A stretch of DNA of 64,000 nucleotides, taken from the NCBI RefSeq assembly GCF_009914755.1, contig NC_060929.1. One strand, 5' to 3'. The number at the start of each line of letters is the position of its first letter. Position 1 is the first letter of the stretch. Shown here piece after piece: positions 43,947 through 61,445 of the stretch. The stretch is from the human T2T-CHM13v2.0 reference genome, Homo sapiens. The position numbers and the translations under genes are program-made. The notes beneath the pieces are model-generated. The model saw only the letters and a list, made by a program, of their open reading frames with translations. It did no database searches and had not been told where the DNA came from.

Positions 43947-45241
43947 ATCTTTCTTTCTTATCAGCAAGTCTCAATAGTGGGCTTAAAATATTCAGTGAAC
44001 TGCGCTATGGATAGATGTGCTATCTTTTAGGCTTTATTGATCCACTTAATAGAGCACAGGCAGAGTAGATTTAGCATAATTCTTAAGGGTCCTAGGATTT
44101 TTTTGAATGGTAAATGACCATTGGCTTCAACTTAAACTCATCAGGAGCATTAGCCCCTAACAAGAGTCAAACTGTTTTTAGAAGCTTTGAAGACAGGCAT
44201 TGACTTCTCCTCCCTACGACAGACCTAGATGAAATCTTCTTCCAATATGAAGCTATTTCATCTACATTGAAAATCTGTTTAGTGCATTCATCTTCATCAT
44301 TTATCTTAGCTAGATCTGAATAAGTTGCTGCGGCTTCTCCATCAGCATTGCTGCTTTATCTTGTGCTTTGATGTTATGGAGATGGCTTCTTTCCTTAAAT
44401 TTCATCAACCAACTTCTGCTAGCTTCCAACTTTCTTCTACAGCTTCCTCACATCTCTGGGCTTTCATTGAATTGAGAGTTTGAACTGGGTTAGGCTTTGT
44501 TTCAAGAGAATGTTATATAATTGGCTTGATCTTCTGTCAAGAACATTGAAACTTTCTGCATGTCAGTAATAAGGCTGTTTCACTTTCTTATCATTTGTGT
44601 GTTCATTCAAGTAGCACTTTAAATTTCTGCCAATAACTTTTGATTTGTATTCACAGCTTGGCTAACTGTTTGGAGCAAGAGGCCTGGCTTACAACCTGTC
44701 TTGGCTTTTGACATGCCTTCCTCACTACGCTTAATCATTTATAGCTTTTTACTTAAAGTGAGAGATACGTGACTCTTCCTTTCACTCGAACACTTAGAGG
44801 CCATTGTAGGATTATTAATTGGCCTAATTTCAATACTGTTGTATCTCAGGGAATAGGGAGAATCTTAGAGAAGCATAGAGATAGGGGAATGACTGGTCTG
44901 TGGAGCAGTAAGAACACATACATGTATTAATTAAGTTTGCTTTCTTATATGGGAGTGGTTTGTAGTGCCCTCAAACAATTACAATAGTAACTTTAAGATC
45001 ACTGGTTACAGATCGCTATAAGAAATACAACAATAATAATTAAGCTTGAAACATTGCAAGAATTACCAAAATGTGACACAGAGATACAGAGTGTACAAAT
45101 GCCGTCTCTGTGTCGCATTGGGAAATGACACTGATAAACTGATAAAATTGCTCAGCACAGACTTGCCACAAACCAGTTTGCAAAAAATGCAGTATCTATG
45201 AAGTGCAATAAAGTGAAGTACCATAAAGTGAGATATTCCTG
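43947..45241 (-). mobile_element. Tigger1 DNA transposon, 5' part (transposase relic)
   Basis: Resumes exactly at the TSD (GTCTCAATAGTGGGCTTAAAATATTCAG); ends ...AATAAAGTGAAGTACCATAAAGTGAGATATTCCTG+TA; the two halves total ~2.4 kb. Confidence 0.92.
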
Positions 45242-45299
45242 TAAGTATCCTTTGTTTTCACCTATACCACACGTTTCCCCATATGAACATCATTGCATA

Positions 45300-47083
<1,784 letters not shown>

Positions 47084-47134
47084 CGAGATCTATTTTTAAT
47101 AAGATATTTAATCTATATTAATTTCATAGCAAAT

Positions 47135-48190
<1,056 letters not shown>

Positions 48191-50264
48191 ATTCAAACTG
48201 TAGAAGATATTCCCAGGGATATTCCAGCAATGATAGATTTAAGGAAATCTATCAATTCAATTAACTTCCATATATTTCACCATACCAGGTTATATGAAAA
48301 ATCACTTGGTTGCCAAGAAAAAAAAACAAAAGAAAGCTTTTTGTAATGTTTAAACAAGACACATGCATCTTGAAGGCCTCTTCTCTTATAAATAGTTTTC
48401 TTAATGGTGAAATATAGCATCGACAGAAGGGCATTTTGGCTCTGTTAGGAAAAGTTTTGAATTTAATCAAATGGTGGAGTGGACAGGTATAAGTAATCAT
48501 TTAAAAAATCAAAGAGTGCATCATTCTTAAAAGAGGATACCAAGAGCAAAAGTAAGATAGCATAAAAGAGAGACATTGAATGCACACAAAATTTTAAAAA
48601 ACATATTTAAAGTCAAGCAATTATCTTCAGAAATTCTTAATATTGTATTCATCTTTAAAATATTTTATCTTAGAAATTATCTTTAGAGTATTAAAGCAGC
48701 ATTAGTTATTATGTTAATTCATATAGTTAGTCTCTCACTAGATATTCTTGAAGACTATCAAAATTTTCAATATACATTGGATAAAATCCAAGGATAAAAC
48801 TTACATGTAATTTCTTTTAGCATTAGTGCATATTAACCAATAAGGTAAATAAAGCTGACCTAGTCAAATCATATCTTGATGTATTGTTTTAATTATAATG
48901 AATGTTCATCTTATGTCATAAAATATTTAATATTGTCTACCTTCTATTTAACAAAAAAGAAGTTACATGAGACGATGTATTTTTCTGTTATGTTCTATTA
49001 TTACATACTAACATACACTTCTAATATTACATATTAGTACATAGGAAAAGTTTTATCATGATGTTTTATGCAATTATTGGAGTTATTACTGATTTTTATC
49101 AGTAAAAATTTTTGTCACTAAAAATATAAATTTTTACTTGTTTATGCCCATAAACCAAACATTAAAATTTTATATTGTACTCATGTTTATTAAAGATGTA
49201 ACATATTTTTTATCATTCTCTATTATAAATAATAATTATACTTACTGAGACTGCATTATAAATTGAGCATGTAAAACAGAATAATATCTTGTTTTTATAA
49301 TTTATAAAATTTGATAAATTTATTAAATTATTTCTACATCTCTAATCTTGACTGCTTTTTGGTAATATATCTTTTATGACATACTACAATTCCTTTCTTA
49401 GTGTTTTTATGGGACTTCTTGAGATAGACATCTTAGTAACACTTATCAGAAATTAAAAATAAATTCATTATCTAAAATTCAGTAAGACTAATCTGTATGT
49501 TTGGAACACAATGAGGATTTGATACACCAATTTAAATAATAGGAAAAATATTTTTTGTAAGTAGAATATGCTAACGCTGAAGCACCAAGATTTTAATTAA
49601 AATATATTTTACATACATATTATTTTATGAGAAATACTACACTGGTAAATATGTAATACATGCAAACATTTTGATTTTCAGAAGTGTTCTGAGCTTATTA
49701 GGTTAAATATGGAAATAAGCAATCCATAGAATTAATAGTCATTTGATAATTCTTAAAATGTCCATTATAGAAACTGAAAGCATGAATACCATAGTCATCC
49801 ATCATCAACAAATATTTTTAATAATATATCATCTGAGAATTCCATTAGGTTTTCCTTCAGTGTCATTTTTGGCATGCAATTCAAAGACATTCGAATAAAT
49901 AAATGAATTTGCTATAATACAACTCTTTCAATTACCATATAATTATTTTTGTCAACATGATTTCTCAAAGCTTATAGATATTAAAATAAAAAAAGACATC
50001 ATTTACTGAGTTTCTAAGAATATATTTTATTTATTCATGACATGCAAACTACTGGAGAGTAGTGAAATCCTATTCATCTCACTCGAGGCACATTATATGT
50101 ATTTGGTATTTAACAAACATTATAAAAATGCATATTTTATATTGTTTTGATTAATTGTATACTAATAATATATAAAATTATGACAATACAAATAAATGTT
50201 TAGACACTTTGTGTTGTCACAGGAAATAAAAATTAATATTTAATTCATATAAACACTTTCGTTA

Positions 50265-52040
<1,776 letters not shown>

Positions 52041-53381
52041 TTCCTTGGAGGAGTTGTGAGCAAAACAGATTGTGGACTACTTCTTTCTCTTGCCAACTTA
52101 TTTCTTTTTTCACAGTACTTGGCATTTTGCAATGGATTACTTTATTTCTCAGAGGTTCTCAGGCATAAATAACAGACTGCACTCTGACAGGTATCAGAAG
52201 GCATGGGAATTGTTCAACATTATAGACACATTTTGAAATTCCCAGGAGGGTGAAAGATATAGATCCTGAGGCTATTAAACCAATAACAATTCCCAGCCAC
52301 ACCATGTGGCTTCTCACAATGATGGTACTGACAGTATCACTCACTCATATGACACTCTAAACTGTAGTTCCACCCCTGCCACCCTGGGATTCCATGTGCC
52401 TCTGCCCGCCCCTGCCCCCTGGCCTGAGTGACTCATTCACTCCAAGTATTTGCCTGATCTTTTGCTTGGGTCCAAATGATTGGTGGAAAATAGACCATGC
52501 ACTTCTACTTACACCACAAAGGCCATGCACTTATACCAACCTACGAGGAAGTTGGGTATATCAGCTTTTTGTTTTATCTCTAGAAACTGACTGGGGCTCA
52601 TAATATAGAAAATTACCAAAAATAAGAAGGAAATGTAATAATTCTGGACAATCATATAAAGATTCCTTTGTCTACTTCACTGGAGCATAAGCTCATTGAG
52701 AGCTGTAGCTTTGTCTTTCCCATTCCATCTACCAGAGTGAAGAGACTGTACCTTAAAAGATAAACTGCATCACTTCCATTGCATGGATTTAGGAAACAGA
52801 ATTGGGGTAAGGAGAGAATTTTTTTTTCTAGCATCATCATTGAGTAGCACTTCTGTAACAGAAGGTCAATTGCCTCATATTTTGGTCGATACAGTCTAAA
52901 ATCACTGAGCATGAGACATAGAAGGCATGAAATAAAAATATCTTCCTCATCTTTCTTCATGTAGATATGTAGATGCTGCATCCATCTTCATAGGAACCAT
53001 AGGAAGACTCAATCGGCAACTTGCACTTAATTTCAGGAACAACACATGATTCATCAGTTTCTGAATTAAGCATTAACTCAGGCTTTTCAGAATATGCAGG
53101 GATGAGTACTGTGTAAACAGATGTGGTGTCTTCAGTGTTTTCACTAATTTGTATTCATTTCTTACACCCAACATATTATTAATCTATTTATCACACCATT
53201 CTATTAGCCCAGTGTAAACTAAAAGTGATATTACTGTTCTCTCACTTTTGCAAACATATATTATTGCTAAAAACACACCTGCAACCACTAATAAATGTTT
53301 TTCTGCTTATAGCACATTACAAAGGCAGTTTACTACACTTATTCTTGTTAATGTAAATCAGAAAGGCTTTATACTGACCTT

Positions 53382-53660
53382 TATTATGTATTGATGTGTT
53401 CATCCAAATTCGTACACTAACATCCTAATTCCTAGTAGCCCGGGATGTGACCCTATTTGGCGATAGATAGAGTCTTTACTGAGGTAGTCAATTTACAATG
53501 AGGTCATCTGGGTGGACCCTAATCCTATATGACTTGTGTCCTTATGAAAAGAAGAAATTTGGACACAGACATGCATATAGGGAGAACACCATGTGAAGAT
53601 GAAGGTAGAGATCAGGGTGATGCTTCTGCAAGCTAAGGAACATCAAAGATTGCCAGCAAT
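53382..53660 (+). mobile_element. MLT1B-like MaLR LTR, 3'-truncated
   Basis: AATGAGGTCATCTGGGTGGACCCTAATCC...GTCCTTATGAAAAGAAGAAATTTGGACACAGAC...AAAGATTGCCAGCAA. Confidence 0.85.
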
Positions 53661-54731
53661 CTTAATTGCACCTTTTGAGTTACATGTTTCCCATGCATGT
53701 AGTGGGGTATGAGCTTCTTTTAAGGAGCCCTATTCTAGGCAGCCTAAAAATGAGAGGCTGGCTCAGAAGATGAAAAAGCTGAGTCAGACCTAAGGAAAAA
53801 CTTTCTTTCAGAACTTGTCTTCCTGGTCTTTTCTTGGACTTAGTTTTCTCTCTTTCTCCTTTTTTTTTTTTTTTTTGGAGTGAAATAGTCACATTTAAAT
53901 AGCTGACATTCTATATCAGCCTAGAAGAAAAGGACCAAAGAAATAGCACACTGCCTTTATTGCTTCAAGTTTCTTGCAGGTCCATCTCATCCAGCCTCAT
54001 TTACCAGGAGACTGCATTGAGGTTTGAGGGAAAATGCTCACCAAATATTGAAAAGCAGTTATGTGCTTGGCATTGTCCTAAACATTTCTGTTTCTCTCAT
54101 GATCTTGAATTAAACTTCACAATGAGTCAAGGAATGTGGAGATTCCCAGTCTTCACTGCACATCATATGATCCTAATTCGGTGTATTTCTTGGGTTCTGT
54201 CATGATTTCTTTTTTCCCATTAATTTTTTCATGTCTGTATTACTTAACTCCACTTTCTCTGTGTGTAATAGTGAATCTCCTCATTTTGTCACTGGTGATG
54301 CCATTGTTTAGGTACTGCTCTCTTTCCATAAATTACTGTTATGTATTTTTTTCACAAAAATACAAAGTGAAATCTTTTTTTGTTTGTGTGTTTTTATCTA
54401 TAAAAAGGGAATGGAAAACGGACCAGAGTGCTCACTGTGATGCTTACAGGCATAATAAAATGTTGTCAAAGCCTGTTTAATCCCTGCAGCAATTAAATAC
54501 AGTTTCAGGATGACAACGGGGCTTTTGGCATAATCCTTTAGCACTTTTGGTGCTGCAGATACGTTATCGGAAAACCAACATCTTAGAAAGAAAGAATGTT
54601 GAAAGTTGTGTTCTATGCAAACCTGAGATAAAACCAGACTATATGAAGGTTTATAAATAAAATACATGTCTGTATTTGATTTTATTGTGCTTTTTACTAT
54701 TTAATATCCAATTACTTATGTTCGTCATTAG

Positions 54732-55071
<340 letters not shown>

Positions 55072-55109
55072 TGAACTGTTTTTAATAAAACAAATGTACA
55101 CGGTGTCAC

Positions 55110-55262
55110 CAGGACTGCTACTGAATTTGCAGAGCCTCTTGCTCAAAAATCATTAAAAATTTCAAGACGCAAGAGCAGAGCATTGAACAAAATATGGGGT
55201 CTTTTTAAAGTGTGAGGCCCTGTGTGACCTCACAGATTATCTATCCATGAACTTGCTGTGGT
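55110..55262 (-). mobile_element. MER45A-like (hAT-Tip100)
   Basis: AATTTCAAGACGCAAGAGCAGAGCATTGAAC...GGCCCTGTGTGAC matches reverse complement of MER45. Confidence 0.7.
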
Positions 55263-56054
55263 TATCACTCTTAAGAAGAGCAGCAGGAAGGGCACTGTAA
55301 AATTGCCTTATCTTGAGCTGTTGACCTAAGCGGATTTTCTTTTTTTTTCAGATTTTTTTCCTGAAAAAATGCAAGCCAGCCTCTCTGTATAGCTTTCTCC
55401 ATTACAATTGCCTCACACAGAGTGGACAACAACCTTTGATTTTGAACAGGGTACATAGATATTTTCCTTTTGTATTGATAGTTTACCTAGATTTTGAGGT
55501 GCGTGGCACTTACGATTCTTCAAAGGAGCGTATACATTACGAATTGATTTCTTCCTTATGCACTAATGAGATATGGATGATAAGGGAGCCCAGCGTTTTG
55601 TTTTCCAAATGCCATTCTTAGGTATATGCACAATTCAGTTTACGGGCTTGTGCCATAGGCATTTTCTTTTGCGTGCTTCTAAAAATAATCAGTGGTTTTT
55701 GAGTCCATGTGGTGAGGTTATGCTATATTTTGATGAAACATATGATTGCATGTTTTAAAACCACTTGGAAACAGAAGACAAAAAATTAGAGACTGATAAA
55801 CTATATACTGTCCCTGCAATGTAGTACAAATTGCCAATTTGACAAGATTTAAATGAATGGACAATGAAATCTCTCACATAGTAAAATCAAGGCCTCCTGG
55901 ACAAACATTTATTGAGAAATAATAAATGCAGCTTGAGCTCTTTTTATACTTAAATATAAAATGCACTTGCTTGCCATTGTGACTACTCAATACACTGCTG
56001 TTATAATAAACAAAAAAGGGAAAAATCAGTACAAAAAGATGTCAATGTCCCTGA

Positions 56055-56170
56055 CAGGACTGACTTCACAGGCATGTGCCCTAAACAGCAGCACAGGGCT
56101 CTGCACTTTCAAGGGCCCTGTACTTTGTTTAAAGCTCAACTGTCACTGTCTTGAAATTGTTAATAATTCT
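56055..56170 (+). mobile_element. MER45-family 5' end fragment
   Basis: CAGGACTGACTTCACAGGC...GCACAGGGC...AAGGGCCC...GTCTTGAAATTGTTAATAATT. Confidence 0.65.
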
Positions 56171-58092
56171 TGGCATCTAAAATAATTAACAGAATTAGTT
56201 CCATTAACTTACAACATAAGAAAAAGCAGTTCAAAAAGTCCTAATTGACGTAGCAAAGCTCTAAGAGCAGAATGTTAGCTAATAAATGTAGAAGAATTGA
56301 TAGAGTTAGAAAGCCTAATTTTGCAAACCCAAATGTAATTATTCATCCATGAAAGGAATATCAATCGGCTGACAAGGAATTGGATATATGTATAGTGCCC
56401 TAAAAGCACCACCATGGTAAAAGAGGAAATATTTAATGATGCAGTAGAGGAATTAGCCTCCCACAAGCTAATCTAGGGGTAACACTTACCATCACTAATG
56501 GTGTGTCAATCAGATATTGTATGTCTTCTGATTCAATGCTATACAAAGCACACACCATCACTTATGAGATTCACATCAAATATATTTAATTTGAATTTAT
56601 CAAACCATAAGATATGAGATACATCTCACAGAAAATATGTCAGATCAATAAGCTTAACAATATTTCAAGAGGGTAAGCAATTCTAGATGAGGGATATTCT
56701 GCAAGACAATTTTCCTAGTTTCTGAGTAAGTCACAGTCGCAAAGAAGAGGATGTGCTTGACTTAAAAAAAAAGTACTTATAGTACATAACCATCAGCTGC
56801 CAAACATTGTCACATACAGTGGACAACAACCTTTGATTTTGAACAGGGTACATTGATCTTGTGCCCAATTTCTAATTGGGCTATTTGTTCTTTTATTTTC
56901 GAGTTTTAGGAGTTCTTTGAATATTTTGGATACAAGTCCTTTATTAGATATGTGTTTTGAGATTATTTTCCACTCTGAAGCTTATCATTAGATTATCTTA
57001 ATAGTTTCTTTTGCAGAGCACAAGTTTTGAATTTTAATAAAGTTCAACTGATGAAAGTTTTTTTTTTTTTTTCAGGAACCCTGATTTTAGTACTGAAGAA
57101 TGGTATTAGAATATGTATTATCAAACCCAAGTTCACATAAATTTTCTCTGATGTTTTCTTCCAGAATTTTTATAATGATGCATTTTACATTTATGTATAT
57201 GATCTATGTTGAGTTATTTTTTGTAACATGTGAAATGACTTTGTCTATTTCATTTTTTTGCATACGGGTTCCCAATTTTTTCATCATTATTTATGGAAAA
57301 GACTAGCCTTTCTCTACTAAGTTGCCTTTCCTCCTTTGCCAGAGGTCAGTTAACTATGTCTGCGTGGGTGCATTTCTAGCCTCTCTCTTTCAGTTCCATT
57401 GATCTATGTGTCTATTTTGTCGCCAATTTCATGCTGTCTCGATTCCTGTAGTTTTATTATAGTAAATCTTGAAATCAGATAGTTTGAGCCCTCCAATTTT
57501 GTTCTTTTTCAGTGCTTGTGATTATTCTAGGTCTTTTGACCTTCCATATGAACTTTAGAGTCAATTTGTAGATGTCCATGTAATAGTTTGAGGACATTTT
57601 AATGAAAATTTCATTGAATCTATAGATTAAGTTGGGAAGAATTGACCTCATAACAATATTGACATACAACCATGAATAGAGTTTATCTCCCTATTTATTT
57701 ACATCTTTGATTTCTTTCATTCGAGTTTTATAGATTTCCACATATATGTCTTGTACATTTCTTGTTAGATTTGTAACAAAGTATTTCATTTTTTGATCAC
57801 TATTGTAAATGGTATTATGTTTCTAATTTTAAATTCCATTTGTTCATTGCTAGTGCATAGGAAAGCAAATATAACTTTTGTATATTAACCTTTTTTCTTG
57901 TGGCCTCACTATACTTGTTAACTAGTTCCAAGTAGTTTTTTGTACATTCTTTCTACATAAACAATCATGTTATTTGTGAAAAAAGACAGGTTTGTTTCTT
58001 CCTTTCCGATATGTATACATTGTATTTCCTTTTATTGTCTTATTGTGTTAGGCAGGACTTTCAGTACAATGTTTAAAAGGAGTGGTAAGACA

Positions 58093-58211
58093 GCCAGGTA
58101 GCTTGTATCTGTAGTCCCAGCTACACAGGAGGCTGAGGTAGATGGATTTCTTGCAGCCAGGAGTTCAAGAGCTGCCCGTGTCATATAGTGAGATCTCATC
58201 TCTCTCCTTCT

Positions 58212-58243
<32 letters not shown>
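58093..58243 (+). mobile_element. FLAM-like monomer with T30 tract in place of poly(A)
   Basis: GTAGTCCCAGCTACACAGGAGGCTGAGG...CCAGGAGTTCAAG; TSD AAGGAGT(G/A)GT(A/G)AGA(C/T)A at 58077-58092 and 58244-58259. Confidence 0.8.
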
Positions 58244-58246
<3 letters not shown>

Positions 58247-58704
58247 GAGTAGTGAGATAGCATATCCCTGTCTTGTTTTCAATGTTAGGCAGACAACGTC
58301 CAATTTCCCACTACTTAGTATGATGTTAGTTATAGCAGAGGAATTTCTCCTCTACTCCCAGTTTTCTGAAATGTTTTATCATATATAGGTGTTGGATTTT
58401 GTCAAATGCTTTTTCCTGCACCAGTTGATATGATCATATGATTTTTCTTCTTTGGCTTGTCAAAGTGATGAATTACATTGATTTTTGAATGTTAAACCAC
58501 CCTTATATACCTGGAATAACTCTTACTTGGTTATGGCACATAATTGTTTTTATACCTTGTTGGATTTGATCTGCTAATTTTTTTTTATTGAGGATATTTG
58601 CATTTATATTTGCTACATCTCATGTAGCAGATTATGGATCTCATTACAATATTACTTCTGCTTCGTTCTCTCTTTCTTATATTCCAATTACATGCATTCT
58701 ATAT

Positions 58705-58871
58705 ATTATATTTTATTTTATTTAAAAGACTTTTTAAAGATGCGGTCTCACTATGTTGTCCAGGCTGGAGTGCAATCATAAATAATGCGGCCTCAATCTA
58801 CTAGCATCTTACCATCCCACCTCAGCATCTCAAGTAGCTGGGACTGTAGACAGGGACCACCGTGCCCAGCT
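58705..58871 (-). mobile_element. FAM/FRAM-like Alu monomer
   Basis: GGTCTCACTATGTTGTCCAGGCTGGAGTGC...AGTAGCTGGGACT...CCACCGTGCCCAGC. Confidence 0.7.
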
Positions 58872-60878
58872 CATGGGTATCTTTAAAAAAATATATCCAC
58901 AGCAATAGGATATTCCATTTAAAAAATACAAATATAACAAAAAACAGAAAAAAAAATCCTCTTTACATTTCAGTTTGGGATGTTTCCACTGACGTATCAT
59001 CAAACTCACTGATCTTCCCTGGTCATGTCTAGTCTCCTAATGAGCCCATCAGAGGCATTCTTCATTTCCATTATATTGTTTTTATTTCTATGTCTTTTTG
59101 ATTTCTTCTTACAGTTTCTATCTTTCTGCTTACATTAGCCATGTGCTCTTGCATGTTGTCTACTTTTTTTCTTTGGGGACTTTAACATATTAATTAGTTA
59201 TTTTAAATTTGCTGATAATTTTAAAACCTATGTCATACCTTAGCATGGTCTTGATGCTTGTTTTATCTGCTCTAACTCTGATTTTTCTTTCTTTTTTTGG
59301 CACGTCATGATTTTGTTGAAAACTGAATGTGTGTGAGTAATATGGACTGCTGACTTTTCGTGTGAGAGTTTTTGTTAATGAGGCTAAGAGTTTGGGTATA
59401 TTTAATATTTACTATAGCTGTCAGTGCCAGAGGCTTCAAATTCATCTATTGCCTTTGTTTTGTCTTTCTTTTGAACTTTAATCTTCCCTAAGTATTCCTC
59501 CTTGCAGAGAGTTTGTGTCTTGCAGCTCTTCCAGCTGGAATCCACTATTATTATACTGGAGCCTGGTTGGTGTGGTGGTCAGTGAATGGGAGTGTTGTAT
59601 AATCCTATCATCAAATCTCAGTATTTTTATGGATTTGTGTCATGGGCTTTGGCTTTCACAGGTATTTCTTCAGTGATGTAGATGTTCTCTCCCCTTAGAT
59701 GAGAAAGGACATCTAGAGGTGCCGGAATGGGAGAAACACCTTCCCTTAACTACGATAAAGCTCTGGCAAATCTTTTCCCTTAGACCGACCTCTTTTATGG
59801 AGAATGCTCTGGACATAATTTCACAATGATTACTCTTCCTTTCTTGTTGCCACAGCCTAGAGAATATTTTTCTAGGAATTTTATTCTGAGATTCTGGTGA
59901 GGTATCTGGAGAAAAGTGTAGGAGACCCACGAAGACTACAGCCCTAGTGATTTCATACCCTAAGGTTAGTCCACAGCCAGCTTCTAGCAATTCACCAAAA
60001 TTACCATGTAATGTTCTTAGCAGCTTAAGACTCCAGCAGCTTCTGCTCTAGGTAAGCAGATCTCTGCTATGACTATTCTCCTCTCTAGTTTTTAGGATGT
60101 TGGTTTGTCCTGCAACCTCAGTTCTCTGATGGGCTCAAGAAAAGTCAACCATTTTCAGTTTCTTCTGATTTTTCTTGTGGAAAGAACAAGAGTGGTAACT
60201 TCTAAGCTTGTTACATGTTAGTACTGACACTAGAAGTTTTAACTCTCATTTCTAAAACTCTCAAATTAACAATAATAATGACAATAATAATAAATAATAG
60301 TAGCAGTAATAGTATTAATTTTGAAGACACAGTTGCTTTGGATTTACTTACGCACTGTATTAAGAAGCTTCTCTGCTTACAATTTATTTATTCTTGCATC
60401 TCAGATCTTTCTTATTCCTTCTGGGACAATTTTTCTACTTAAGGTACATCTTTTTGTAGTAGTGACTAATTCTTATTTGTTTATCTTAATTCTATTATAA
60501 TTATAGAGTTATTATTGTATTCAGGCCACAATTATAGATTAATAAATATTTTGTAACTGAAAGTTAAAATTCTTATTAGATATTTTTTGCCTCGGTGCCA
60601 TTCAAAATATTGTTTCATTCTAAAAATTATTCTTTAGAAAACATCTCCTTCTTCTTCTAATTTTTCTATTTCTGTTTCTTCTCTTGTTTCTCTTCCTCCT
60701 CCTCATTCTATTCCTTCATTATTTTCTTTTCTGCCTTTATATATTTTCCTTTCTTCTTGGAGTCCTGAGTTTATTATAGGGAGACATTTCTTGCAGTTTA
60801 CCCAGTATATAACTGACTGTATTAGTCAGAGGGTCCCTTGTCCTATATTTATTACCTGCAATATGTCATACTTCTTTT

Positions 60879-61179
<301 letters not shown>

Positions 61180-61229
61180 CATACTTCCTTTTAAACCTTA
61201 TCCTCTACTATTCCTTTATTAAAACATCT

Positions 61230-61345
61230 TTTAAATATTTACTATGAGTCAGCATTCAACATTAATCCACTTAGTCCTTTCAGCAATTACAAAGTTAGGA
61301 ATTGTTACTGTTTTTGTTTCACAGATGAAACACAAACACACACAC

Positions 61346-61383
<38 letters not shown>

Positions 61384-61445
61384 GTTAAGTAAGGAGCAAA
61401 ATTGGATTTTGAGCTCAGGCGTGTCTGGCCTGAAATTCATCTCTC
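61230..61445 (-). mobile_element. MIR with embedded (CA)n microsatellite (61330-61378)
   Basis: TTTCACAGATGAAAC...GGATTTTGAGCTCAGGCGTGTCTGGCC. Confidence 0.7.

Larger units (their letters stand above)
56860..60240 (-). mobile_element. Old L1M (MC/MD-like) ORF2 and upstream fragments, with two Alu monomers inserted
   Basis: SILPNLIYRFNEIFIK...LKFIWK in the ORF track; many L1 antisense motifs. Confidence 0.75.

Noticed and set aside
42885-43967. 360-aa ORF as a functional INTS6 or novel gene
   Set aside because: It starts at a non-ATG codon inside Tigger1, crosses the TSD, lacks exon 1 and ends at a frameshift; poly(A) remnant and TSD mark a processed pseudogene
43585-43977. Short overlapping ORFs on both strands in the GC-rich leader
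   Set aside because: Expected in stop-poor GC-rich DNA; no recognisable domains
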